DNA of 64,000 nt from a bacterium (GTDB lineage: Bacteria > SM23-31), in contig OZ244870.1 of assembly GCA_965221205.1 (NCBI GenBank), positions 1,374,782-1,438,781 on the forward strand, read 5' to 3'. The translations under genes were made by a program, and so were the position numbers. The notes below the pieces were generated by a model. That model was not told the origin of the DNA and did not search any database. It saw nothing but the letters and a program-made list of their open reading frames with translations. Positions 1 to 10,601 of the stretch are shown here, piece after piece (position 1 is the stretch's first letter; the number at the start of each line of letters is the position of its first letter).

Positions 1-2
1 AT

Positions 3-614
3 AAAAAGGATGCTGTCCAGACGAACATTATTCTCGGACATATTGGTATTACCCGTGATAATCCGGACTATTTTGCCGTCACCGTGATGAATACAATTCT
101 CGGTGGTGGATTCACGAGCAGACTTTTTTCGCGGGTCAGAACCCAGGAAGGATTAGCTTATTCGATTGGAGGAAGCCTTGGTTCTAACTACGACTATCCG
201 GGAATGTTTAGTGCTGCTTGTCAGACGAAGACAGAAACAACAGTGAAGGCCGGCAAGATTATTCTTGAAGAAATTGAACGCCTCACAAACGAACCAGTAA
301 CGAAAGAAGAATTGAATCTGGCAAAGGAAGGATTTCTCAACAGATTTGTCTTTAATTTCGACTCTAAGTCCGAGGTACTCAATAGGCTTTTAACCTACAA
401 ATATTTTGATTATCCGGATGATTTTATTATTCAAATAAAGAACAATGTCGAAAAGGTAACTATCTGGGATGTGCAGCGAGTTGCGCAAAAATATCTGCAT
501 CCCGATATAGTGCAGATTCTGTTTGTCGGGAATGCTGAATCATTCGATGAGCCGGTATCGGAATTTGGAAAAGTAACCCCGGTCGATATAACTATTCCCG
601 AACCGCAGCAGTAA
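3..614 (+). CDS. M16-family zinc peptidase, C-terminal (non-catalytic) domain; 5' end outside window
   Basis: ORF 84..614 stays open back to position 3. The GGGFTSRLFxxVRxxxGLAYSIG motif is typical of the insulinase/M16 C-terminal domain. Confidence 0.7.
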   Translation, partial: KKDAVQTNIILGHIGITRDNPDYFAVTVMNTILGGGFTSRLFSRVRTQEGLAYSIGGSLGSNYDYPGMFSAACQTKTETTVKAGKIILEEIERLTNEPVTKEELNLAKEGFLNRFVFNFDSKSEVLNRLLTYKYFDYPDDFIIQIKNNVEKVTIWDVQRVAQKYLHPDIVQILFVGNAESFDEPVSEFGKVTPVDITIPEPQQ

Positions 615-669
615 ATGTGCTTGGTAAAGAGATATTTTCAATGAAATTTTTTTAATATTATTAGATCTC

Positions 670-1701
670 ATGAATGTATCATGTGTGATATGTGGACTCG
701 GTTATGTCGGGAAAGCGCTTGCGCAACTTCTGGAGGAACGTAGTGCACTGCTCGAAAAGCAGTATGGAATCTCACTTGCCTGTCCTGCAATCATTGCAAG
801 CACTGGAGCAGCGGTTTCTACTGAGGGCTTGCCATTGAGCAAAATCGCCAAATATGTTCAAAACGGTAATCGGATTGATTCACACCCCAATTTCGGTCAG
901 GCCGGCTATACATTGCATGATGCGGTTTCGTCGTTCGAGCCGGGAATAGTATTCGAAGTTACCCCGACAAATATCAAAACCGGGGAACCGGGATTATCTC
1001 ATTTTCAGCAAAGCATTCAACAGAAGTGGCACATAGCATCTGCTAACAAAGGGCCTCTTATCCTCGGCATGCAAGAACTTAAAAGTGCAGCACATGATGC
1101 CGGAGTTCAGATAAAGGTCAGCGGTGCAACAGCGGCCGCGTTGCCAACAACCGATGTTGGGGTCACATGTCTTGCCGGAAGTACAATCTCCCGAATTGAA
1201 GGGATTGTGACCGGAACAGCTAATCTCCTCCTGACTCAAATGGCTGAGACAGGGCAGTCATATCATGAAGTACTCAAAAAAGCACGGGAAATGGGAATAT
1301 CGGAACCGGACCCGCGTCTCGATGTTGAAGGCTGGGACACTGCCTGTAAAATAATCATTCTTGCAAACGAACTTATGGATAGTACGGTTTCGCTGAGTGA
1401 AATGGAAATTGAAGGAATAACCGGATTGGATCCTAAATTGGTACAAGAGACAAAGCAAAATGGCCAGTCAATCAAACTGCTCGGTGTCGTAGAAAAAAAA
1501 GGGGATTCTGTCCGGGCATTTGTAAAACCGACAACTGTAGACAATACCCATCCTCTTTACACTGTCAACGGAACGGAAAAAGGGATTACCTTTACCACAG
1601 ATACTATGGGGGAAATAACCGTAACAGGAGGTAGGGCAGGGCCTGTCGGGACGTCAACGGCGCTCTTAAAAGATTTAATCAATATTTACCGGAAGAATTG
1701 A
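670..1701 (+). CDS. homoserine dehydrogenase-like NAD-binding oxidoreductase
   Basis: N-terminal GLGYVG Rossmann motif. The ASANKGPL...GATAAALP segment resembles the Homoserine_dh catalytic domain. 343 aa, no ACT domain. Confidence 0.6.
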   Translation: MNVSCVICGLGYVGKALAQLLEERSALLEKQYGISLACPAIIASTGAAVSTEGLPLSKIAKYVQNGNRIDSHPNFGQAGYTLHDAVSSFEPGIVFEVTPTNIKTGEPGLSHFQQSIQQKWHIASANKGPLILGMQELKSAAHDAGVQIKVSGATAAALPTTDVGVTCLAGSTISRIEGIVTGTANLLLTQMAETGQSYHEVLKKAREMGISEPDPRLDVEGWDTACKIIILANELMDSTVSLSEMEIEGITGLDPKLVQETKQNGQSIKLLGVVEKKGDSVRAFVKPTTVDNTHPLYTVNGTEKGITFTTDTMGEITVTGGRAGPVGTSTALLKDLINIYRKN

Positions 1702-1716
1702 ATTTCACCATACGCC

Positions 1717-3401
1717 ATGGATTCTATACCGGTCAATCATACGAATACATCTCTTCTCGAAACTTCTCTCACTCTATTACAGAAAATCTGTACAGCATTG
1801 GCTGAATCCGATAAGGATAAATCACTTTCTGCTGATAAACTCTTCAATAAGGGTACTGACATACTGCTTACTTACTTGTTCGGTCAATGTCGGAACACAA
1901 TTAATCAGTTTGAAAAGCAATTTTTGTGTACACAAGATGGTTCAGTTAATGCAGTAGACAAAGCGATTCTCACCGATATGCTGGAATCAACATGCTACGA
2001 TAGCTTTAAACATTGATAATATTCCCGATTTATATGGGAAACTAATCAGGTATTCCGTGCAGTGTAGTAAAAGGGTTATTGTTCTGAAAATCGGACAAAT
2101 AGGGCGGAAAGAAGGAAATTTACTACACACCTGCTGAAATAACATCATTTATTGTTCATGAAATGATCGCACCGCTGGTTGACAATCGCAGAGTTCATGA
2201 ATTAAAGCGAATCCGTGTCTGTGATCCGGCAATGGGCACAGGAGCATTTTTACGACAGGCTGCATGGGAGCTCACAAATGCGTTTGTAGAACAATCCGAT
2301 AAAAAAAGCGGACAATTGTGGGATACATGGTATCGGTTTGTAGTCAAAAACTGTATCTACGGAATCGACAAAGATGAAACAGCTGTGAAAGTAACCCGTG
2401 TATACTTTGCTCACTCTGCAGGATTAGCACCAGATGAATTAAAACATTTTATTGCCGGGGATAGTCTACTTAGCGAACTGCCGGACAATTGGAAATTTGA
2501 TGCTGTATTTGGCAACCCTCCATGGGTGAGTTTCGGATTACGTGGAGTTAAACGAATTCCTCTTCGACTGAGCAGACAATACAGAAAACGTTTTCCCGAA
2601 ACGGTCGAATACAAGTTATCAATATATTCCCTTTTTATTGAACAAGCGTTGAAGATGACAGTAGAAGGAGGGTATCACGGATTTATTGTGCCCGACAGTT
2701 GGCTTATGGGGCGTTATTTTTCTAAACTCCGGTCATTTCTTATTGCAAATACAACGTTTCAGCACCTTTTTTTCGTTAAGAATGATTTCTGGACGGGCCC
2801 TCATGTCGGGAGATGTACTGTTTATGTAGTTAAAAAAGAAAAACCGGCTGGAAAAAGCGGATCTATTCTGGCAGACATTATTAATAATCCTGAAGATCTG
2901 CAATCTGGAAACAATCGGAAGATTCAACTTTCATTAACCAGAATTGGTTGCAGATCGCGCCACCGAATCGTTGTCTATCCCGATGAAAAAAGCCGAAAAA
3001 TCGCTGAGTGGATGGAGGATTGCGGCGATGTACTCGGCAATCATATTCGATTTTATAGCGGTCTTATTGGGAAAAATGGTAAGCAGAGTATAGTTATTAC
3101 CAATGGTTTTGAGAATCATAGCATGGAGAATTACGAGAAGCTTATAGAATCGGGAAAAAATCTGAGTCCAAATAGTGTTACATTTACCGGATGTCATATA
3201 TTACACCAGCCGGAAATATATAAGAGTTGTTATGACGTCGAAAAGTATGAAAATCAAAAACTGTTTGTTAATCAGAATAGCATATCCGGTTCACGAACAT
3301 ACCGATCTGCGATTCTATGCAGCGCCGCTGAACAGCAGAATTCTCAATTTCTACTACAAGATTATGTCAATGGAACATGGCAGAGCACTTCCCCAAACTG
3401 A
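1717..3401 (+). pseudogene. Eco57I/TaqI-like (gamma-class) N6-adenine DNA methyltransferase, disrupted (99-aa N-terminal ORF 1717..2016, stops, then MTase body 2103..3401)
   Basis: Motif X YYTPAEI (2121-2141) lies upstream of the first Met at 2163. Motif I is DPAMGTGAFL and motif IV is FGNPPW. The MTase frame is closed by TAG at 2100-2102 and the upstream 99-aa ORF is in another frame, so at least two frameshifts/stops separate the pieces. Confidence 0.5.
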
Positions 3402-3635
3402 TATTGATTTTCTTCTGCAGCTTCCGCACGGGAAGAATGTTAAATACAGGGGAATAATTTAGAACCTGATTGAGCAAAATAGTCATCAAAACGTAGTTTG
3501 CCATTCCGACGGGTCGATTAAGTATTCGTTGACTATACCAGAAGAAATTCAACAGGAGATGGATGTCAATTTTATAAAATGGTATACCATCCCCTGATTA
3601 TTTACAAATAAAATTCTGACAGATATTGCATAATC

Positions 3636-6041
3636 CTATTTATCGGATTTTTTTGCTTTCAGCCCGCTCAAGAGTGATTTCGGCTGTTTGTGGAGAGCAA
3701 TTCCCAATACATCGTCAAGCTCTTTCACAAAATGAAAGGTCATTTTCCGTTTGATTTGTGCGGGGATTTCTATAAGATCATTCCTGTTTTTTTCCGGTAA
3801 AATAACCTGCATAATTCCCGCTCGGTTTGCCGCGAGAACTTTTTCCTTGATACCCCCAACGGGCAATACTAAACCGCGGAGGGTAATCTCACCGGTGAGT
3901 GCAATGTCGTTCCTCACTTTGGTACCCGTAATCAACGACACAAGAGCGGTAAGAATCGATATTCCGGCAGACGGTCCATCCTTAGGAATAGCCCCGGACG
4001 GAACATGGATATGGATATCGGTCTTGTCGAATGGGAAACCTGTTAATTTCCACTGGTGTGCTTGCGATTTAACATAACTGAGTGCAGCTTGTGCAGACTC
4101 TTTCATGACGTCTCCAAGCTTACCAGTGAGTGTTAAAATACCTTTACCCTGCATCTGAGTTGCCTCGATAAAAAGAATATCACCACCGGCAGGTGTCCAT
4201 GCAAGACCTGTTGCAACACCCGTTTTCATTGTTCGTTCAGCTACATCGTAGAAGAACCGATCGGGGCCGAGATATTGTTTAAGATTTCTCTTTGTGATCA
4301 CTGCTTTTTTGATCGATTTATCTACAATTTGCTTTGCGACCCCTCTGCACACCGATGCAATTTCTCTTTCGAGGTTTCTAACACCTGCTTCACGAGTGTA
4401 TGCGCTGACAATCTGACCAACAGCAGATGATTTTAGCTCTATCTGTTTTTCGGTTAGGCCGTGTTCTCGCATCTGTTTCGGAACAAGGAACTGCATTGCG
4501 ATTTGTTCTTTTTGCTCAGCCGTATAGCCCGGAAGATCAAGAACTTCCATTCTGTCCTTCAAAGCAGGTGGAATTGGGTCGGACAAATTTGCAGTCATTA
4601 TAAACATTACACGTGATAAATCACACGGGACATTCAAGTAATGGTCAATAAATGAATCGTTCTGCTCCGGGTCGAGCACTTCGAGAAGGGCACTTGCTGG
4701 ATCACCTCTGAAATCCTGGCCGACTTTATCAATTTCATCGAGCATAAATATAGGATTGATGGCACTTGCTTTTTTGAGTCCCTGAATAATCTTTCCGGGT
4801 AGCGCCCCGATATACGTCCTCCGGTGTCCGCGAATTTCTGCTTCGTCGTGAATTCCACCGAGCGATATTCTGACAAATTTCCGGCCGAGCGCACGTGCTA
4901 TCGATTTTCCGAGCGATGTTTTTCCAACACCCGGAGGTCCGATAAAGCAGAAAATCGGCCCCTTTTTACTTTTTCGCAGTTTTTGGACTGCGAGATATTC
5001 TATGATACGTTTTTTTATCTTATCGAGACCATGATGGTCTTCATTGAGAATTTTTTCGGCGTTACTGATATTTAACCTGTCTTTTGTATATGTTCCCCAA
5101 GGAATATCAGTGAGCCAGTCAAGATAGGTACGGGAAACAGTATATTCCGAAGATGAAGCAGGCATTTTTGACAGTCTGCTGATCTCTTTTAGAGCAACTT
5201 CTTTAACCTCCTCCGTCATTTTCGACGAATCAATTTTATCCGTCAATTCCTGAACTTCAACCGTGCGTTCATCACTTTCCCCGAGTTCTTTTTGAATTGC
5301 TTTCATTTGTTCATGGAGAAAATATTCTCTCTGGCTCTTATTGATTTCACCCATAATCTTCGATTGGATCTTATTTCCAAGCTCAAGAACATTTATTTCC
5401 TTAACGAGAAGCCGTGTAACTTTTTCAAGCCTGTGTTCAAGGTTGATCGTTTCGAGGATATCCTGCTTTTCCTGAGTAGAAATATTCAGACTCGATGAAA
5501 TGATGTCGGCAACTCTCCCCGGTTCTTCGGTATTCGCTATGATCAAACCCTGTTCAGGAGAGAGATATGGAGCAAGATCGACTGCCTTCTGAAACATACC
5601 TCTCAAATTTGAGATCATTGCGAGAACCGTATCGTTATCGGTTGAATTCTGCTCTTCAATCGTTTTAATAGATCCGGCAAAATAGGGATCGACTGATACA
5701 ATCCTGTTAATTTTCATTCGGTAAAGACCCTGAACAACGATATGCTGCGTCTGGTCGGGGAACTTTAAGACCTTCAGAATGAGTGCAGTAGTCCCAAATT
5801 TAAAAATTTCATTTTTCTGCGGTTCTTCAACCGTTCCATCAATTTGTGTTACAAGTCCGATAATTTTATCGTTATCGAGGGCATGTTCAACAAGCTTAAG
5901 CGATTTTTCACGCCCGACAGAGAGTGGTATAACCTGTCTCGGATAGACAACCGTACTCCGCAGCGGCATAATCGCTACCTTCTTAGGAAGTTCAGCTGGA
6001 TCGATATCGACCGTTTGTATAGGTTTGTCAAAAAATTCCAT
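3636..6041 (-). CDS. lon: ATP-dependent Lon protease
   Basis: 801 aa with an N-terminal LON substrate domain, Walker A GPPGVGKTS, and a C-terminal proteolytic domain containing the PKDGPSAG catalytic-Ser motif. Confidence 0.95.
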   Translation of the reverse strand: MEFFDKPIQTVDIDPAELPKKVAIMPLRSTVVYPRQVIPLSVGREKSLKLVEHALDNDKIIGLVTQIDGTVEEPQKNEIFKFGTTALILKVLKFPDQTQHIVVQGLYRMKINRIVSVDPYFAGSIKTIEEQNSTDNDTVLAMISNLRGMFQKAVDLAPYLSPEQGLIIANTEEPGRVADIISSSLNISTQEKQDILETINLEHRLEKVTRLLVKEINVLELGNKIQSKIMGEINKSQREYFLHEQMKAIQKELGESDERTVEVQELTDKIDSSKMTEEVKEVALKEISRLSKMPASSSEYTVSRTYLDWLTDIPWGTYTKDRLNISNAEKILNEDHHGLDKIKKRIIEYLAVQKLRKSKKGPIFCFIGPPGVGKTSLGKSIARALGRKFVRISLGGIHDEAEIRGHRRTYIGALPGKIIQGLKKASAINPIFMLDEIDKVGQDFRGDPASALLEVLDPEQNDSFIDHYLNVPCDLSRVMFIMTANLSDPIPPALKDRMEVLDLPGYTAEQKEQIAMQFLVPKQMREHGLTEKQIELKSSAVGQIVSAYTREAGVRNLEREIASVCRGVAKQIVDKSIKKAVITKRNLKQYLGPDRFFYDVAERTMKTGVATGLAWTPAGGDILFIEATQMQGKGILTLTGKLGDVMKESAQAALSYVKSQAHQWKLTGFPFDKTDIHIHVPSGAIPKDGPSAGISILTALVSLITGTKVRNDIALTGEITLRGLVLPVGGIKEKVLAANRAGIMQVILPEKNRNDLIEIPAQIKRKMTFHFVKELDDVLGIALHKQPKSLLSGLKAKKSDK

Positions 6042-6346
6042 GAGATATATCCAAACTATTTGAGCAAGTCTACTAAGGTTTCAATGGATTACAGTATCGT
6101 TCACTAAGAGAAAATGTACCAAAATTAACTTGAAAATTCAACAGAAACTTTGAATAAAGAACACTAGTATTTCACAAAACAAGTGCCCGATTTATGTCCG
6201 AATTCTGTACAAGTCAATAATGCAGAAACAGTTGTGAGTAGAGTTCTCCTATAATGAAAATGTCTTGCGTTCGTTCTATAATTTAAGTATATTACATACT
6301 CAATCTTCCATACTTTCCTTATCACTGTAACGTTAAAATAATTCCT

Positions 6347-7820
6347 ATGACAAGTAAAAAAGCTGAACCACAAAGTGGTGATCCTGCTGTACAAGATTTT
6401 GAACGAGCCATCGGGGCAAGCAACTTCAAAAAAGCGCTTGAAATTGCTCAAAAAAACAACTTGGATGAAGCAAAAACTCAGCAGGCAGCTGAAGGTGAAT
6501 ATGCGTATCTCATGGAGCGGGGAGAATATCGAAATGCATTTGCATTCGGTAAAGAAAACAATATAGTTCCTGAAAAAATAGGTGATTCAGCGGCAAAAGT
6601 GTTCTAGGATATGCTTGTCATGGGGAAGTATGATGAAGCCCGCCGCATCTTTGAAAAATATGATATCGATACATCGCAGTTGATTACCGTTTTCATGGAA
6701 GCGTTCCAGAATATGGTGGTCGAAAGAAAGGTTGATAAGGCGCTCAATTTTATTGAAAGTTTTAATATTCTGCCGGAAGATCTGAAAGATGGTCTGATGG
6801 ATTTCTACTCAGTAAGGACAAATTTGATGATGCAAAGCAGCTTATGAAGCAGTTTAATCTCGATGAGAAAAATATTGAATTACCAGTGAAAAGAGTCTAT
6901 GACAGATTGATGACCAATAACCACTTTATAACCGCTGCCCATACTGCAAAATCGTTCAATATGTCGCAAGAAGCAGTCGTTTTGGCCGGTTCCAAAGCGG
7001 TTGAAGAGTGTCTAGATCAAAACAAAGTTGAAAATGCTGACAACCTGCGAAATAGATATGAAGTACCTGTTGGAAAAGTTGTAAAAGCAGCATTTAGCGC
7101 TCTTATAAGGAGTATTGAGAGAAGTGATATTCCCAATGCGACACTCGTTAAAAAGAGTTTTGAACTTTCACCAAATCAGACCTCTCCTCATATTTTGAAA
7201 GTCTTCGTTAGACTCATGGAAGCAGAAAAATTGGATACGGCGATCGAGATTAATAAAGAATATGATCTTCAACTTAAGGATATTTTCAAGCCGGTATTTA
7301 TGCTTCTCATAAGTGATATGAAAAAAGGCCACTATAAGCGGGCAGCACTTCTGATAAAAGAATTTTCTCTTCCTGAAGACAAAGTGGCTGAAGCTGGTCT
7401 GGCGTCCCTGAAGCAGAAAATGAGTGTATCAAATTATGAGGCAGCAAAAGTCATTGCTGACACACATTTAAAATCAAAAAAGATGACTATATGCCGATTT
7501 TAACGCAGTATATTAACGGATTTTGCAATAAATTACAGTACGAAAAAGCCCTGTTTATTGCAAAAGAGTTCAAACTGAAAACACCTGAAGTTCAGAAAGC
7601 GGCATTCAAACAATTCGGCGTAAAACTCAAGGGTGGTTATTACCGTGATGCCGTAAAATTGGTCAAGGAATTCAAACTACCGAAAGAAGCTGTACAAAAA
7701 AACGTGCTGCACTTGCTAGAAATTCTCGAAACTAAGAAAGAAGAGAAAAAAGTGGAGGCGCTCAAATCGGCATTTGGCCTCCATAAAAAAGGGATGATCT
7801 CAGAGCTTTTTGGAGTATAG
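6347..7820 (+). pseudogene. helical-repeat protein gene split into four ORFs (6347-6607, 6611-6847, 6844-7503, 7491-7820) by an in-frame TAG and two frameshifts
   Basis: About 10 copies of a ~35-aa unit [FY]xxAxxxxxx[FY]xL(x)E run continuously across the ORF boundaries, e.g. FKKALEIAQKNNLDE, YDEARRIFEKYDID, FDDAKQLMKQFNLDE, YKRAALLIKEFSLPED, YEKALFIAKEFKLKTPE, YRDAVKLVKEFKLPKE. An amber stop sits at 6605-6607 inside the array. Frame changes occur near 6800 and in the A-run at 7470-7484. Confidence 0.45.
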
Positions 7821-7871
7821 TGTTTTTTTGCTTGAAAAGCGTACAATAGTTCTAAGTAATCAATAAAAAAT

Positions 7872-7904
7872 AATGTCCCGCAGCATAGCCGGGGCATTTT
7901 TTTG
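7872..7904 (+). terminator. Rho-independent terminator after the repeat-protein gene
   Basis: Hairpin aatgtcccg-cagcatagc-cggggcatt followed by TTTTTTT. Confidence 0.6.
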
Positions 7905-8001
7905 TGTTTTCAATGATAGACATAACCATAATGAAGATAATCATGATTGCAGATATTACTATGCACACGTTATGCAGTACTTTTTGATTTTAAGCCTGAT
8001 G

Positions 8002-8821
8002 TTACCTTCGGTCGTTTGAAGCTTCTGTGCTGCCCGAGTCCTTTAACACTTTCCTGATAAAATACTCGTCAACCTGTGCCAATGCAGCGTGATAATCGAG
8101 TTCATCAAGGACCGAAGGAGGATTTTTCGAAACAATATAAGGAAACACTTCTGTTGATAGTTCATCCTGCGGAGACATCTCAAGCATTGATTTAATCACA
8201 TTTCTGAGTTCGTCTGAGTTCGGTTGTATTACCGGACCAGTCATAGGCAATCATAGATTGAAAAAGCTCGTCGGAGACAGATGGAATATCGTCAAGATTG
8301 AGACTGTCCACGGTTTTTCTCAAATAATAATCAAATAAAAGTGGTATATCGCTTTTTCTCTTACGGATGGGTGCTATTTCAATTTCAAATTGATTGATGA
8401 GAGAAAACAGATGGTGGTTAAATATCGCAGAATCTCTCAATCTCCGATTATCGCTCTCAGCAATAATCCGGACTCCCTGTGGTTTTTTCTGCGGTGAAAA
8501 TTCATACACCCGTTTTGTAACCGTGAGAAGATTAAAGAGCTGTATCTGTCGGGGAGCAGGAAGATGATCTGCTTTTTTTAGAAAGAGTGTTCCCTGCCAG
8601 GCACTATTAAAGATATTCTGAAATTGTTCTTCCGACCCATGTTCATCTTCAAGGCTAAGCTGAGAACAATCCAGATCAATGAACACATCGTGTTTTTTGA
8701 GGGTTTTCCGGTGAATCTCAAAAGCGGTGGTATCTTTTTTGGCGCCTTGTTCACCATATAGATTAACATGGAGCTTAGTTAGGGCTGTTTTGCGGATTCG
8801 TCGGCGGACATCACGCGTCAA
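8002..8821 (-). pseudogene. sigma-54-dependent transcriptional activator remnant (central AAA+ plus C-terminal region), disrupted by a 10-bp tandem duplication
   Basis: GEQGAKKD (a degenerate GESGTGKE Walker A), a DIPLLFDYYL-like segment, and YDWSGNTTELR followed in the other frame by NVIKSML (consensus YDWPGNVRELRNVIER). Removing one copy of tctgagttcg (8203-8222) restores YDWSGNTTELRNVIKSML. No receiver domain is present upstream. Confidence 0.55.
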
Positions 8822-8976
8822 AATGGATGGTTGCCGATTATTTTATGTTCATCGTGTGCCATAAGGGTACTTTTGAACAATAAGGTACGGCTTCATTCGT
8901 ATATTTCAAGTAAAAATGAAAATATTATACGAAATTTAAATATTTTTATTTATTAATTGAGGAAAAATTCTCAAGT

Positions 8977-9681
8977 ATGTTGATGACATCAGCGATTTTA
9001 CAGAAATTGAATCGTGTCCGCAATGCGGTCATTGAATACACCTATCCCGATGTATGTTTTGTATGTAATAACTATGCGGAAATGGCTACTATTTTAGTAT
9101 GTGGTAAATGCTGGGATAAGCTATTGCGCAACAGCAAATATACGGTGACAACCGGAGAAAAACACATTTCAGGTAAAAGATACTTCTCTTTTCTATCCTG
9201 GCGGTTTTCATATAACGACAAAGTCCGAAGACTCATTCATTATTTTAAATTTGATAATTATCTGTTTCTAGCAGACCGAATCGGTGAAGAAATGGCGGAT
9301 ACTGCAAATCACATTCTTGGATTACAGCTGGCAAACCTGATCGTTCCGGTACCTCTTCATCCTGCTCGTAAACGTGAACGTGGTTTCGATCAAAGCATGC
9401 TGCTTGCAGAGGTTGTTGCGCGGATTACAGAAATACCTCTTGAAGAAAGTCTGGAAAGAATAAAATATTCTCCTCCACAGGCCTCAATGAAAGAGAGCCG
9501 TGAGAAGGAAAGGAATGTCCGTGGAATTATCAAAGAAAAACAAAATAATTCCCTCAAAGGGAGGAGAGTCATACTTATCGATGATTTATTTACCACAGGT
9601 GCCACAGCGAATGAATGTAGCAAAATACTAAAAAAAGCCGGCGCATCGGAAGTAATGGTTTTAACTGCAGCATATGCATAA
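8977..9681 (+). CDS. comF: ComF-family phosphoribosyltransferase (competence protein ComFC-like)
   Basis: N-terminal Cys cluster (CFVC...CGKCW) and a C-terminal PRTase motif VILIDDLFTTGAT. Confidence 0.8.
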   Translation: MLMTSAILQKLNRVRNAVIEYTYPDVCFVCNNYAEMATILVCGKCWDKLLRNSKYTVTTGEKHISGKRYFSFLSWRFSYNDKVRRLIHYFKFDNYLFLADRIGEEMADTANHILGLQLANLIVPVPLHPARKRERGFDQSMLLAEVVARITEIPLEESLERIKYSPPQASMKESREKERNVRGIIKEKQNNSLKGRRVILIDDLFTTGATANECSKILKKAGASEVMVLTAAYA

Positions 9682-9800
9682 TTGGATTGAAAATAGCAAT
9701 CCTTAATTTTACAGTATTACTATGAGACGTAATACATCGTAATAATTCAAATTGTATTTACTAGGATATGTAGAAATCTTGCAGTTAGAACAGGCAATGT

Positions 9801-10190
9801 TTAGGAATTGTCAGACTCTTTTGGTTCTTTGTGGGAAGCAAATTCTTCAATTTCTCTGATAAGATCGACATTGCCAAGTTCACCTTCGTATTTAAAAATT
9901 TCGCCTATGTGAATGTTAAAATCCTTCTGGTATAGGACCAAATCCTTCACCTGTTTCCGTGTGAGAACATTTAAATCAATAGCAATTTCACCAAATTTTT
10001 TGTTCGTATTTTCTTGCTGCTGGAGAATTCTCTGTACCTTTTGAGCCGTCAACATTTTCTGTTTTATTGCTAATTCTCCGATTTGTTTATTCGTTTCCTG
10101 CTGCACATGACGAGCAACCAGAATATCTTTTTCGGATATTAGGCCCTTCTTGCGCAAATATTCACCAAACAACAATGGTTTTCTCCCCAT
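9801..10190 (-). CDS. small protein with tandem T2SS-E N-terminal (MshEN-like) motifs
   Basis: Repeated GE(L/I)AIxxxxLTxxQVxxLL motifs resemble the GspE/MshE N-terminal domain. 129 aa. Confidence 0.45.
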   Translation of the reverse strand: MGRKPLLFGEYLRKKGLISEKDILVARHVQQETNKQIGELAIKQKMLTAQKVQRILQQQENTNKKFGEIAIDLNVLTRKQVKDLVLYQKDFNIHIGEIFKYEGELGNVDLIREIEEFASHKEPKESDNS

Positions 10191-10601
10191 AACAATCCAA
10201 TCAAGGTTGAGTTATCTTTAATGTGTACTATACTCACATATGTGTGAGCATTGAAGTATATAATAATAGATCGAAACGGAGAATTAGCCCGTTTTCATAC
10301 TATCAAATGTGTTGAGTAATTTATTAGGATGGTTATCCTCGCCCAAACTTTGTTCAACAACAAAGGATTTGTAAAGAGGAAGACAATCTTAAATAAAACA
10401 AAATTTCTTTTAATTGCAAGAATTATTTTACAGATTCAAGAAAATAATAGGTTTCATGAAAAGATATACTTTTTTTGTCTTCTATTTTAATTTGATTTAT
10501 TTAATTGTTTTTATACATTGAAAACAGGCCAGTTTAGCCCGATATTGCAACTTATCAATTTTAATGTGGATGTTTACGAGTAATGCTTAAGGAAGAGAGA
10601 A

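Noticed and set aside
3751-5498. Several 60-110-aa ORFs on both strands inside lon.
   Set aside because: Embedded in a well-conserved 801-aa Lon frame. Random ORFs.
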